50,471 nt of DNA, from contig NW_014577091.1 of assembly GCF_000485595.1 (NCBI RefSeq), forward strand, positions 310,788 to 361,258, given 5' to 3'. The notes beneath the pieces are model-generated. The model did not search any database and was not told the DNA's origin. It saw nothing but the letters and a program-made list of their open reading frames with translations. The position numbers and the translations under genes are program-made. Of this stretch, positions 39,071 through 50,471 are shown one piece after another. This stretch comes from Priapulus caudatus (lineage: Eukaryota). Every line of letters starts with the position of its first letter. Position 1 is the first letter of the stretch.

Positions 39071-39395
39071 TGAGCTACAAGTACAAGATATTGAAGATTT
39101 CTCAAGCCAATGACGACAGGACGTCATGATGAGACCTGCATTTTCACATTTCGAGATTGCTGACGTAAGCTTTATTTATATTTTAATCATACGGCCTGCA
39201 TGACGTCACGATTCTAGTAACTATAAAACATAAATCTAATGAATAGAAACGACGTTGCATCCTGCCGTAACGTCAAATGTCGAAATGACCACCGGCACTT
39301 TTCAGGCAGCGCGAACGAACAAAGCCATTGCAAGAGAGCCGTAACATAATACTATCATTCCTCAGCCCAGTCTTGAAGTTTTAACATATACTTAC

Positions 39396-39540
39396 CAATT
39401 CACAAAGAACCACAAGATATCTTTTCAAACGCTCGCAGAATGTATAAGACTATAATCTGCAGCAGGAGACGATTGTACGACGAACTTCTTCGTTAAAATA
39501 TCTGAACTCTATCAAGCGCGATACTCAAATGGAGGGCAGC
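39396..39540 (-). promoter_or_regulatory. Candidate non-coding first exon / TSS region of the DBHS gene
   Basis: Minus-strand donor TTG|GTAAGT at 39395-39390. A YY1/initiator-like CTCCATTT lies near 39530, and the DNA is CpG-containing and repeat-free. CRE-like TGACGTCA (39201) and TGACGTAA (39161) are adjacent. Linkage to the CDS is inferred. Confidence 0.45.
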
Positions 39541-39850
39541 TGGGCAGCAATATTGGCACTGAAAGTGGCACAACATTCCAGCACAAATGTCACAATGAAA
39601 GTAATGTGGCATATTAAAAAAGTAAACGCGATAGCTGCTAATTAATTATTATTTTTTCAATGTGGTAAATTTAAGGATAATTTTTATTTGTAGGATAAAA
39701 TTTTGTAATAGCTGAAAATTGTTATAGAAACCACTGCCTGGCAGCGGTAATGCGTCAAGTACGCCCCCCCCCCCACCACCACCACACTCACGCTACCGCA
39801 CCACGTACGGTCCACTGATCTCTAACTTTAGTTAGTATTATCTATTATAG

Positions 39851-40340
39851 CAGGCCCGTAGCCAGCTTTCTATTGGGGGGGGGTGTCGTTTTTCAATGTT
39901 GGCAATTTGCTGCGCAGGGGCGTGTACAGGATTTGTACAGGGGGTCTAACCGTGACCCATAGTTGCGAGCACGCGAAGGGGGGTCTGGGGCCCTCCCCGC
40001 ATAAATTTTTAAAATTACACCCCTCAGATGCGTTTCTGCGCGAGCAACGGGGGGTCTGGACTCCCTGGACCCCCCCTGTACACGCCCCTGCTCGGGCGCG
40101 AAGCGACCAGGCGATCCCTCGACCGAAGCCGAGCGACCGAGCGGGGGGAGGGTGTGGGAGGGGGGTGTTCACTGTTCACCCTCCCGCACGATGGAGATTT
40201 TGCAATTATTACACTAAAATGGAGCGACCTGAGGTAAAATTCTTGCACATTTAAAAAAAATAATATTTTTGCTTGGGGAGGGGCTCGGGGGGGGGTTCGT
40301 TCGAACCCCCCCGACCCGCCCCCCCCCGGCTACGGGCCTG
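39851..40340. mobile_element. hAT-like MITE with 6-bp TSD (TTATAG), containing a nested MITE at 39915-40090
   Basis: Outer TIR caggcccgtagcc / ggctacgggcctg; inner TIR caggggcgtgtacagg / cctgtacacgcccctg. Confidence 0.85.
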
Positions 40341-40911
40341 TTATAGTATTAATATAAAGTTACAGTATATACTAACTTTAGCTTTACTTGTACTGCTACT
40401 AGACAGAACGGTAGGGTCAGCACTATCTAATGCTTATGTTCTGAACTTCTGAACCTAACCAATGTATGATAGGGTTGAGTATAAACAGAGGTCCAAGTGG
40501 GAATCCAAGAAAGGGATCACTTGTGATAATGGTCCATCGCCGTTTTTTCGGCGGTGCGCAAAACAGGAAAAAAATGTGTCGGGCTGCAACATGTGTTGTC
40601 GCGGCGCATCACCATTTTTTATAAAGTATATACATGTAAATATAAAACAACAAATTTATTGTGAAACAAACGGTTTGACATTTGTGGCCCTTTATTGTTC
40701 GCTGGAATAAAAGTACACATCAACAACTCACCAGCAAATTTAGTAATTTACTGTTGTAAATTTTAAAATATGGCTGAAAAATGTTACGCGATCGAGACTT
40801 TCTGGATTCTTAACGGGGCACCGGACCAGCATGAAGCTTGCAACCGGGACGATCCCGGTGAGACCGGGACAACTTGGGACGTCTGGTATAAATACCAATC
40901 GCAATAAGCAT

Positions 40912-40975
40912 CCACGCACGCACGCGCGTGCGCACGCACGCACGCACGCACACACAAACGCACACACAAACGCAC

Positions 40976-41012
<37 letters not shown>

Positions 41013-41102
41013 CACACACACACACACAGCACACCACACACACACACACACTCCACACAGACACACCAGACACCACACACCACACACACACACACACACA
41101 CT
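40912..41102. repeat. Imperfect (CA)n / (CACG)n microsatellite
   Basis: Directly visible. Confidence 0.95.
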
Positions 41103-41200
41103 CCAAACGCGTGTTAGCAAACAAAGTAGAAAATTAACATAGCAAATGACCCATATATCTGCATATAAAGCATTACCGGGTATTACTACTGTATTACATG

Positions 41201-42483
41201 CAGTGGCGTACGCAGGGGGGGGGGGTGTTTGGGGTGTTAAACACCCCCCTTGCCTCTGTCCCAAACAAACATTTAAAAAAAGAAGAGGAGAAGAAAAGGG
41301 AAGAGAGAGAGAGAGAAGAAAGAGAGAGAGAGAGAGAGAGAAAGTGTGTGTGTGTGTGTGTGTGGGAGAGAGGAGGGAGAGAAAGACGGAAAAAGAGAGG
41401 GAGAGAAAACAGAAGGGCCCTATTATCCTTTATTAAGTTTAGTATTTGTAACACCGGTCCCCTCCCGAGCTGTAAGAACAAGGTAGCCTATAACGCAGGG
41501 TAAGGAGTGTGTACAGAAATGAGATAGAGAACCCAAAATCGATCTGCTGCATGTTTCGCGAATCGCGATTTCGTACTATGAGTATCTTCGCTCTCTACTG
41601 TAATCCATATTGTGTAATCAGGAATTGTGTAATTGTGTGCTCGTGGTGGCAACTACATGACAACTCATTATGATTTTAATGAAACAACAACAAGTAAAAT
41701 ATGATATAATACAGAAAAATGTGCAAGGAACATGCGGTATTTTTAGGCGTTATTTTTATTTTTCTTCAAACTCGAGGGTACACCATCCCCCCCCTCAGCA
41801 CCCCGCGTCCCCGCTCGCGAGTCACTAACACGGGCGTAAGATCCCGGGGGGACGGGGGAATGCATCCCCCTGCTCTTTGAAGGAGGGGATGGCCTGTACA
41901 ATATATCCCCCACCTGAAATTCAAAAAAAGAGAGAAAAAAAGAAAGAAGGAAGAAGAAGAGGTAAGAGGATCCCGAATTACCAGACAGGTTATCAGCGTG
42001 GTTTTAGGTGCTACAGTTCAATGAGGTGCCACACAGTCGGAGATTCGTTAGATTCAGAATTGGATTGCACGCGCAACACATATTATGTCATGGAACTGTG
42101 TTGTGTTACATCGTGAGATTTCAGAAATTTCACCATTGGTTACTGCATCTACTCTAGCTATCAACGCAGCTTTTTAATAATAGCTAGTGAGGCCTATGCA
42201 CGTTTGTTCGACTGTCAACGTGCATAGGCAAGACTTGTAATGTACGTAGTATGGAATAATACGTTGATTCACTAAACAAACTCACACAGCACAAAACACA
42301 CACACCTCTCTCTGCTCTCTCTCACGCACGCACACACACCCGCAGCAGCAACGCACGCACACACACACACACAACAACACACCGGCACAGCACAATACAC
42401 GCACAGCTCTCTGTCTCTCACACACACACACGCCGCGCGCGCACCCACACCTCTCTGTTTCTCTCGTCTCTCTCTTCTCTCTT

Positions 42484-42535
<52 letters not shown>

Positions 42536-42643
42536 GCTCGCGCTGCTTCTCTCTCTCGTCTCGCGCTCCTCCTCTCTTTCTCTCTTCTCTTTCTTTCTCT
42601 CTTCTCCATCATCCCTCCTCCCTCCTCCCTCCCCCTCTCCCCC

Positions 42644-42674
<31 letters not shown>

Positions 42675-43189
42675 GTCGCATACACAAACAAACAACGCAC
42701 ACCCCTTCTCTCTCTCTCTCACAACACAACCGCGCACGCACTGCACCTCTCTCTCTCTCTCTTCTGACACATACACACCCTACGCAAGGTTTACGTAAAT
42801 TTTAGCTTGATTAATCGCACCTAAAACAACCTCGTTGCGTACGCGAAATCGTACGCAAATTTACTAAATAACTGGCGTTTGATAAAATCGCACTAAGCAA
42901 CGTCAATTGCGTAGCACACAAGATTTACGCAAAATATTTGCGTCGCAGCTTGATGAATCATGAAATCTACCCCTGGGACCCACCCGTCAGTGCAAGCGCA
43001 CACAGTATCAGAGTCTACAGTTTCCAGGGGCGTGTACAGGGGGGGTCCAGGGGTCGGACCCCTACATGCTCGCGCAGAAAACGCATCTGAGGGGTGCTAA
43101 TTTCAAAAAATCTCTGGGGGAGAGCGCCCCAGACCACCCCTTCGCGTGCTCCTAACACCCCCCTTTCGAAAATCCTGCGTACGCCAGTG
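41201..43189. mobile_element. Possible composite hAT-like element rich in microsatellites
   Basis: cagtggcgtacgcagg ... cctgcgtacgccagtg with near-matching 8-bp flanks attacatg / actgcatg; internal (GA)n, (CA)n, (CT)n and TGCGTACGCA repeats. Confidence 0.45.
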
Positions 43190-43582
43190 ACTGCATGTGC
43201 CATATTTCATATCCTTTGGTGGTATACGTACGCCTTAGCTGTAGTGTACACCAACAGGCGCGCCACTCACAGATGCCCCAAATGTCGCAAGCATACTCGT
43301 GGATATTGGAAACGGTATATTCGATCTATTTATCCGGACTTTGTACAATTTCATAAACATGCTGTCACTCTTTTCGTTTTCTGAAAATATATGATTCAAC
43401 ACCTCTCTATGATTATACCGCATCATACCTGTTGTCCATTCGTCCTTTCTTCATTCAACAAATACCAATTGATATACGTCTAATTAACGTTATCTGTCGC
43501 TATTTACACGCACTGACGGTAACATTAAATCCTTTGCTCCTAATTTGCCCTCCAATGGACTGCCGCTATAGGTCCATTACAT

Positions 43583-44152
43583 CAGGAGTAGATAATAGGG
43601 ATCCCTATCAGGGGCGTAGCCAGGATTTTCAAAATTGTAGGCACGACTATCTGAGCGGAGCGCCACCATCGGGTTGGCGCGGAGCGTACAAGAAATTTTT
43701 GGTTTTACAAACCCCCAGATGGCCGGAAACAGCCCTTCCCGAGTGTTCGATATCATTCTGGTTCCCTGGCCTCTTGCTAACTTGAGACACCTCATTCAAT
43801 ATCACTTTAAACCAAAAACACAAACGAGTTAAAATAGTGTTAGCGAACGAGTTAAAATGTTAAAAAAAGACAAGATCGGATCCTAGTCTTTTTCGGCGGG
43901 TAGAGTGTTGAATGAAACGGCACGCGATAGAAATGGCAGCCTAGTATGACAGAAGAATAGGTCACCTAATATAGCCATATTTCTGCTACGTTCATTTCAA
44001 TCGTTTTTCCTGCCTAGACTCTTAAACTCGTCCACAAGCTTATGGATTTGAATTATGGGTGTTTTTTAAAAAAAAGTTAACTTGGCCAAAAGTGTAGGCC
44101 CGGGCCTACAGTGCTACATACTGGCTACGCCCCTGCCTATTATCTACTCCTG
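43583..44152. mobile_element. 38-bp palindromic insert (7-bp TSD ATTACAT) interrupted by a 527-bp hAT-like MITE (43609-44135, 5-bp TSD CCTAT)
   Basis: Removing the MITE and one CCTAT restores caggagtagataataggga|tccctattatctactcctg; empty site at 47665-47671. Confidence 0.88.
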
Positions 44153-44458
44153 ATTACATCAATCCAACACCCGTCCATTGGACGTGTCCTTTGCTAGTAT
44201 CTTTGCCTAGTATCTTTGCAAGTATCGGAATATGATACCAGACTCCAGTCTTCCTTTACCTAGCGCGTTCCTAGTGATGATTGTGCAGTGAGTTTCACAG
44301 GCCAATACGTACCTCAGATTCAAACCCGATTACTCATGCGGCTGAAGTAAATCAAGGCATAACGCGTATTCTAGCTGAGATCGTATATATAGTGACCGTG
44401 ACTATCCGTGTGGAGTTTAACTCTACCCCTCGCTCCCGTTACAGGACACACATATGAT

Positions 44459-44496
44459 CAAGAGTGCATAATAGAGATCTCTATTATGCACTCTTG
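44459..44496. mobile_element. 38-bp perfect palindromic insert with 7-bp TSD ATATGAT
   Basis: caagagtgcataatagaga|tctctattatgcactcttg; empty site at 47964-47970. Confidence 0.9.
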
Positions 44497-46397
44497 ATAT
44501 GATTCACGTTGGGCGGGAAGAAGGAGGGCAACAGCGCTGCTAGAAGTATAGTGGCGGATTCAAGAGGGGGGGTTCGCAACAGCAGCGCCTCCCTATGTTT
44601 GCCCCCCCCACCCCTATTCCCAACGCGAAGCGTGCGCACCGGCCGCTATCACAAATCTGCACCTCTATAAATTGAAATCCTGTTACGGCGTGCCCCCCCC
44701 CCGCTATCTTGAAAATTACCAAAGATAAAGCTGGGTTTACATTATCGAACTTATACTGTTGAGAAGTGATGAACCTTGTCAACTATCGACCGAAAATCGG
44801 TAGTTGTAAACAGCAAAATTTGAGGCGGGCGCAGTCAACCAGTGATGCAACTATAGTGCCATTTTCTCACTTTTGGTAATGCGTTGATGCACGTTTTTGC
44901 CGCACAACGGCACTCTGTATACAAGGCAGGAGGTGTGTCCCTCCACCTGAGAGATTTCTAGTCGATATCTCGGAGACATCACGCCTATCCGCGCCACCTT
45001 GGCGCCAAATGTAAAAATTACGGTGTGCGAAAAAAATGCCGTATCCGCGTCGCCCCGCGCGCACACGGCTCGGTTGCAATATGTTGAACGTTTGCGAAGC
45101 TCGCGCTCGATAACGTATAAAAACATCGAACTCGATAGATAAGGTTGATAGAACATTAAAAAGTTAGCCAACTCAATCGCCTTTTCCCATAGTTAGTTCA
45201 TTTTTAGGCTTACATTGACTACGTCACGACATTCCTACAATGGTGTATATTTGTAAACAAAATTATTGCAATTGTTTACCATTAATGGCAGGGATACGTA
45301 AGTACTGAACAGGACTAGAAATGTATCCTCAATTCTAACGCTGAGTAAGAATTGTTTCTCCAAGTAAGTTAATAATACCAAAAAACGCTGGGCGATTTGG
45401 ATATTATCGATAATATGCAATACATATGTTGAATCACGTGCGTGTTTGTTCACGATAGAATGAAATCTATAAAAATAGTGTAGTAATATATATGCAAGCA
45501 TATTTAACCAATAAAAGTGAACAGAATGCACTTACATCTGTGAAAACAATGACACAGTTTTTTTTCGTTTTACGNNNNNNNNNNNNNNNNNNNNNNNNNT
45601 TGTGTTATATTTTATTTCTTGTATTTAACTATGAGTTGCTTCGCTCTCTTACTTGTAATCCATATTGTGTAATCAGGAAATATGTGTAATTGTGTGCTCG
45701 TGGTGGCAACTAATGACAACTCTATATGATTTTAATGAAACAACAACAAGTAAAATAATGATATAATACAGAAAAATGTGCAAGGAAATGCAGGTATTTT
45801 TAGGCGTTATTTTATTTTTCTTCAAACTCGAGGGGTCCATCCCCCCCCTCAAGCACCCCGCGTCCCCGCTCCGCAGTCACTAACACGGGCGTAAATCCCG
45901 GGGGGACGGGGGAATGCATCCCCCTGCTCTTTGAAGGAGGGGGGATGGCTGTACAAATATCCCCCACCTGAAATTCAAAAAAAGAGAGAAAAAAGAAAGA
46001 AGGAAGAAGAAGAGGTAAGAGGATCGCCGAAGTTACCAGACAGTTTATCAGCGTGGGTTTTAGGTGCTACAGTTCAATGAGGCTGCCACACAGTCGGAGA
46101 TTCGTAGCATTGGCAGAATTGGATTGCAGGCGCAACACATATTAATGTTCATAGACTTGGTTTTGTTTACATCCGTGAGATTTCAGAAATTTCACCGATT
46201 CTTACTGCATCTACTCTACTATCAACGCAGCTTTTATATATAGCTAGTGTAGGCCTATGCACGTTTGTTCGACTGTCAACGTGCATAGGCAAGACTTGTA
46301 ATGTACGTAGTATGGATAAGTACGTTGATTCACTAAACAAACTCACACAGCACAAACACACACACCTCTCTCTCTCTCTCTCACGCACGCACACACA

Positions 46398-46429
<32 letters not shown>

Positions 46430-46522
46430 CACACACACAGCACAGTCACAATCACGCACAGCTCTCTTCTCTTCACACACACACACGCGCGCGCGCACCC
46501 ACACCTCTCTGTTTCTCTCGTG

Positions 46523-46577
<55 letters not shown>

Positions 46578-48011
46578 TCTCTCTTCTTCTCTCTCGCTCG
46601 CGCGCTTCTCTCTCTCTGCTCGCGCTCTCCTCTCTTTCTCTCTTCTCTTCTTTTCTCTTCTCCATCATCCCTCCTCCCTCCTCCCTCCCCCTCCACCCCC
46701 CTCTCTCTCTCTCATTCTTCCTCTTCTCTCTCTCTGTCGCATACACAACACAAACACGCACACCCCTTCTCTCTCTCTCTCACACACACACGCGCGCACG
46801 CACATGCACCTCTCTCTCTCTCTCTCTCTGACACATACACACTCCCTACGCAAGGTTTACGTAAATTTTATCTTGATTTTAATTCGCCCACCTACAAAAA
46901 CCATCGCACCTCGCTTGCGTACGCGAAATCGTACGCAAATTTACTAAATAACTGCGTTGATAAATCGCAACTAAGCAACGTCGATTGCGTACGCACACAA
47001 GATTTACGCAAAATATTTTGCGTACGCAGCTTGATGAATCATGAATCTACCCCCGGGACCCCACCCGTCAGTGCAAGCGCACACAGTATCAGAGTCTACA
47101 GTTTCCAGGGGCGTGTACAGGGGGGGTCCAGGGGGTCCGGACCCCTCATGCTCGCGCAGAAAACGCATCTGAGGGGTGCTAATTTCAAAAAATTTCTGGG
47201 GGAGAGCACCCCAGACCCCCCCTTCGCGTGCTCCTAACACCCCCCTTTCGAAAATCCTGCGTACGCCACTGACTGCATGTGCCATATTTCATATCCATTT
47301 GGTGGTATACGTACGCCTACACCTAGCTGTAGTGTACACCAACAGCTAGGCGCGCCACTCTCACAGATGCCCCAAATGTCGCAGCATACTCGTGGATATT
47401 GGAAACGGTATATCGATCTATTTATCCGGACTTTGTACAATTTCATAACAATGCTGTCACTCTTTTCGTTTTCTGAAAATATAATGATCACACCTCTATG
47501 ATTATACCGCAAATACCTGTTGTCCATTCGTCCCTTTCTTCATTCAACAATACCAATTGATATACGTCTAATTAACGTTATCTGTCGCTATTATACACGC
47601 ACTGACAGGTAACATTAAATCCTTTGCTCCTAATTTGCCCTCAATGACTGCCGCCTATAGGTCCATTACATCAATCCAACACCCGTCCATTGGACGTGTC
47701 CTTTGCTAGTATCTTTGCTAGTATCTTTGCTAGTATCTTTGCAAGTATCGAATATGATACCAGACTCCCTTTTACCTAGCCGTTCCTGTGTGATATGTGG
47801 CAGTGAGTTACAGGCATATACGTACCTCAGCATTCAAACCCGATTACATCATGCTGGCTGAAGTAAATCAGGATACCGTATTCTAGCTGAGATCGTATAT
47901 ATAGTGACCGTGACTATCCGTTGGATTTAACTCTACCCCTCGCTCCCGTTACAGGACACACATATATGATTCACTTGCGGGAGAGAAGGGGCAACACTGC
48001 ATGGTAGAGTA

Positions 48012-48194
48012 TAGTGGCGGATGCAAGAGGGGGGGCGCAACAGGCGCGCCTCCCTATGTTTTGCCCCGCCCCACCCTATTCGGCACGCGAAGCGTGCGCA
48101 CCGGCGCTATCACAAAATCTGCACCTCTAAAATGAAATCCTGGTTACGCGGTTGCCCCCCCCCGCGCTATCTTAAAATGCTGGATCCGCCACTG
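48012..48194. mobile_element. hAT-like MITE (truncated counterpart at about 44549-44715)
   Basis: TIRs agtggcggat / atccgccact(g). Confidence 0.65.
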
Positions 48195-48713
48195 GCCCAC
48201 TGGTAGAGCTAGGCGGTACTCAAACCCTAGATTCTTAAGCCCAAAGTAAAGCTGGGTTTACATTATCAACTTATACTGTTGAGAAGTGATGAACTTGTCA
48301 ACTAATCGACCGAAAATCGGTAGTGTAAACGCAAAATTTGAGCGCGCTCAACCAGTTGATAGCAACTATAGTTCCATTTTCTCAACTTTTGGTAATCGCG
48401 TTGATCAAGTTTTTGCCGCACAACCACTCTGATAATAGCAAGCAGGAGGTGTGTCCCTCCACCTAGAGATATCTAGGTCGATATCTAGGAGACATCACGC
48501 TATCGGCGCCACCTTGGCGCAAATTATTACGTGCAGAAATGCGTATCCGCGTCGCCCCGCGCGCACACTGCGGTTCAAATGTTGAAACGTTTGCCGACTC
48601 GCGGTCGATAACGTAAAAACATCGAACTCTCGATAGAAATTAAGGTTGATAGAACATTAAAAAGTTTATCAACTCATCGCCTTTTCCATAGTTAGTTCCA
48701 TTTTTTAGCTTAA

Positions 48714-49063
48714 ATTGACTACGTCACGAATTCTCTACATGGTGTATATTTGTAAACAAAATTATTGCAATTTGTTTACATTATAGAAGTAAGTACTAAC
48801 AGGACTAAATGTATCCTCAAATTCTTACCTGATAAGATTGTTTCTCAACTAGTTAAAAATCCAAAAAACCTGGGCGATTTGATATTATCATAATTATGCA
48901 TACATGTATGAATCACGCGTGTTTGTTCACATAGAATGAAATCTATAAAAATTAGTATATATAATGCAGCAATTTAACCATAAAAAGTGAACAGAATCAC
49001 TTACATTTTGTGAAAAAATGGACACATTTTTTTACTTTTACGATTTACGGTGACGTTAGCACT
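48714..49063. mobile_element. Kolobok-like element, same family as 14117-14476, opposite orientation
   Basis: ttaa|attgactacgtcacgaatt ... tttacggtgacgttagcact|ttaa. Confidence 0.65.
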
Positions 49064-49528
49064 TTAAAGCGCAAAAATGCGTATCCACGTCGCCCCGCGT
49101 GCACACTACGGGTCATATGTTGAAACGTTTGCCGACTCGCGGTAGATAACGTAAAACTTTCAACATTTGATAAAAATTAAGGTTGATAAAACCGTCTATA
49201 CCGGCTAGACCGGCTAGAACCGGCTAGACCGTCACTACCGGACAATAGTTTTAGCGGAAGTGAAGGACGCAGGTGCGCGCAGATTTTTTGCCCAAGATTT
49301 TGTGGATGTTAACAATAACACCAAAAAACACCTTATCACCATGACGTAGCACAAGATAGGCGAGATGCCAAATTGCGTATTGAGGTACGTGGGGTGGCGT
49401 ATCTCCTGTACTTTAACGAACGAACCTATATGTATCCAGTACACATATTCATATAGACGAACGAGCGTACATATATGAACTTGAAAAGTAGACGTAACAA
49501 AATATCCTTGATAGGTGTCTCGTGATTT

Positions 49529-49604
49529 CAAGAGTAGATAAATAACAGATTATTATCTATATTTATACCGTTATCTTATCTATACCGTTATTTATCTACT
49601 CTTG
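49529..49604. mobile_element. 76-bp insert with 18-bp TIRs and 7-bp TSD GTGATTT
   Basis: caagagtagataaataac ... gttatttatctactcttg with 40 bp of internally repetitive filler. Confidence 0.88.
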
Positions 49605-49892
49605 GTGATTTGTAATACCGGTGTTAATAATAGACTGCGGAAACCTAAAATCCCTGTCGAGCCCCAATGCGTCACACTGACTCGTACATCAATGTGTATG
49701 GCGCATGTCCGCTTTCTGGGCGCAGTTTCATCTTTCGTGACGACCACTATCATCACTGTTGTTGGTGTTGATAGACACTAATTGATAGGTCTTGTCATTC
49801 ATCGCTTTCCAAGGAGCGAGTACGCACTCATTTGTTAGATTGTTTTCTGCTATCATACAGATAGCGTATAGCGTTACCGTATAGGTTTCACT

Positions 49893-50098
49893 ATGGTAGA
49901 CAGCATATACCGAACACGGTCGCTCGGTGTTGCGTCAGAAGGTCTTCCCGATCAGTATGCAGATGGAAAGGCGGCCCGCGTGTGGGAATTCTACATAGGT
50001 CAAAAGACGTCACGGACGGAAAATTATAAAAATTTCCTCTGCTCATCTCTAAGAGACAAGGGCTGTAAGGATATTCTCGATGTTGCGTGTGGCACTGG
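49893..50098 (+). CDS. GNMT: Glycine N-methyltransferase, first coding exon (gene continues beyond window)
   Basis: [31 protein letters not shown]...ILDVACGTG closely matches the GNMT N-terminus and SAM-binding motif I. The frame is interrupted by a canonical donor GG|GTAAGT at 50099-50104 (206 nt coding, phase 2). Confidence 0.95.
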
Positions 50099-50225
50099 GT
50101 AAGTGAATATAACCGAATTAGTCGCATATGGACGAGAAGGAATTTAATTAATAATTGTGTACAGTTATACTCCCATTACTATGATAATAGTATTAGTTAT
50201 GCTGATAGGGTCTATGTCTCTCTGG

Positions 50226-50471
50226 CCCTGGGTACTGCCGGAACGTACCCTGGGTACGGTCCGGTATACCGGAACGTACCCTGGTATAACTATCTGATAT
50301 GGTTAGCCTAGGTTTAGCTAGGGTTAATAGGGTTAGGGAGTAGGCATAGGCGACTTCCTAGACTCGTTAGTGGAGTAGGCGAGGTACGGTCCGGCATATT
50401 AGAGCGTACCGCTGAGGGTACGTTCCGGCAGTACCCAGGGTACGTTCCGGCAGTACCCAGGGTACGTTCCG
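50226..50471. repeat. Inverted arrays of a 22-bp unit around a TTAGGG-like core (MITE-like), in GNMT intron 1
   Basis: ccctgggtactgccggaacgta on the left versus tandem gggtacgttccggcagtaccca on the right; runs off the window end. Confidence 0.75.

Larger units (their letters stand above)
41576..49042 (+). repeat. Tandem duplication (about 41576-45574 versus 45629-49042) across a 25-N gap
   Basis: Colinear copies with many small indels and several presence/absence insertions. Confidence 0.92.

Noticed and set aside
40740..46947. CV/HT/ER/LS-repeat ORFs
   Set aside because: Translations of dinucleotide microsatellites; the same applies to 13731-14054.
49893..50102. Complete 69-aa protein as listed in the ORF track
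   Set aside because: The apparent stop lies within the GTAAGT splice donor; this is exon 1 of a longer gene.

Overview
Eukaryotic (animal, most likely an invertebrate deuterostome such as an echinoderm; inferred only from gene and repeat style) draft-assembly DNA with four N gaps. There are two real genes, divergently oriented. (1) A DBHS-family (NONO/SFPQ/PSPC1/NonA-like) RNA-binding protein whose whole 661-aa CDS lies in one exon (25740-27725, minus), probably preceded by a non-coding first exon near 39.4-39.5 kb. (2) The first coding exon of glycine N-methyltransferase (GNMT, 49893-50098, plus). Everything else is repeat-rich intergenic or intronic DNA: many non-autonomous DNA transposons (hAT-like with 5/6/8-bp TSDs, PIF/Harbinger-like, Kolobok-like, foldback and HINE/Helentron-like), an LTR with a tRNA-His primer-binding site, decayed LINE pieces, microsatellites, and a 30-bp palindromic minisatellite that only superficially resembles CRISPR. 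Two 3.5-4 kb tandem duplications each straddle an exactly 25-N gap and look like uncollapsed haplotypes, which lets alleles be compared directly. The most interesting signal is a group of CA(A/G/T)GAGT-ended inserts with 7-bp TSDs: one 906-bp long-TIR element and three 38-76-bp palindromic inserts. Two of the short inserts are absent from the duplicate copy. They look like P-element-type excision footprints (or ultra-short MITEs). Most short ORFs in the supplied track are repeat noise.
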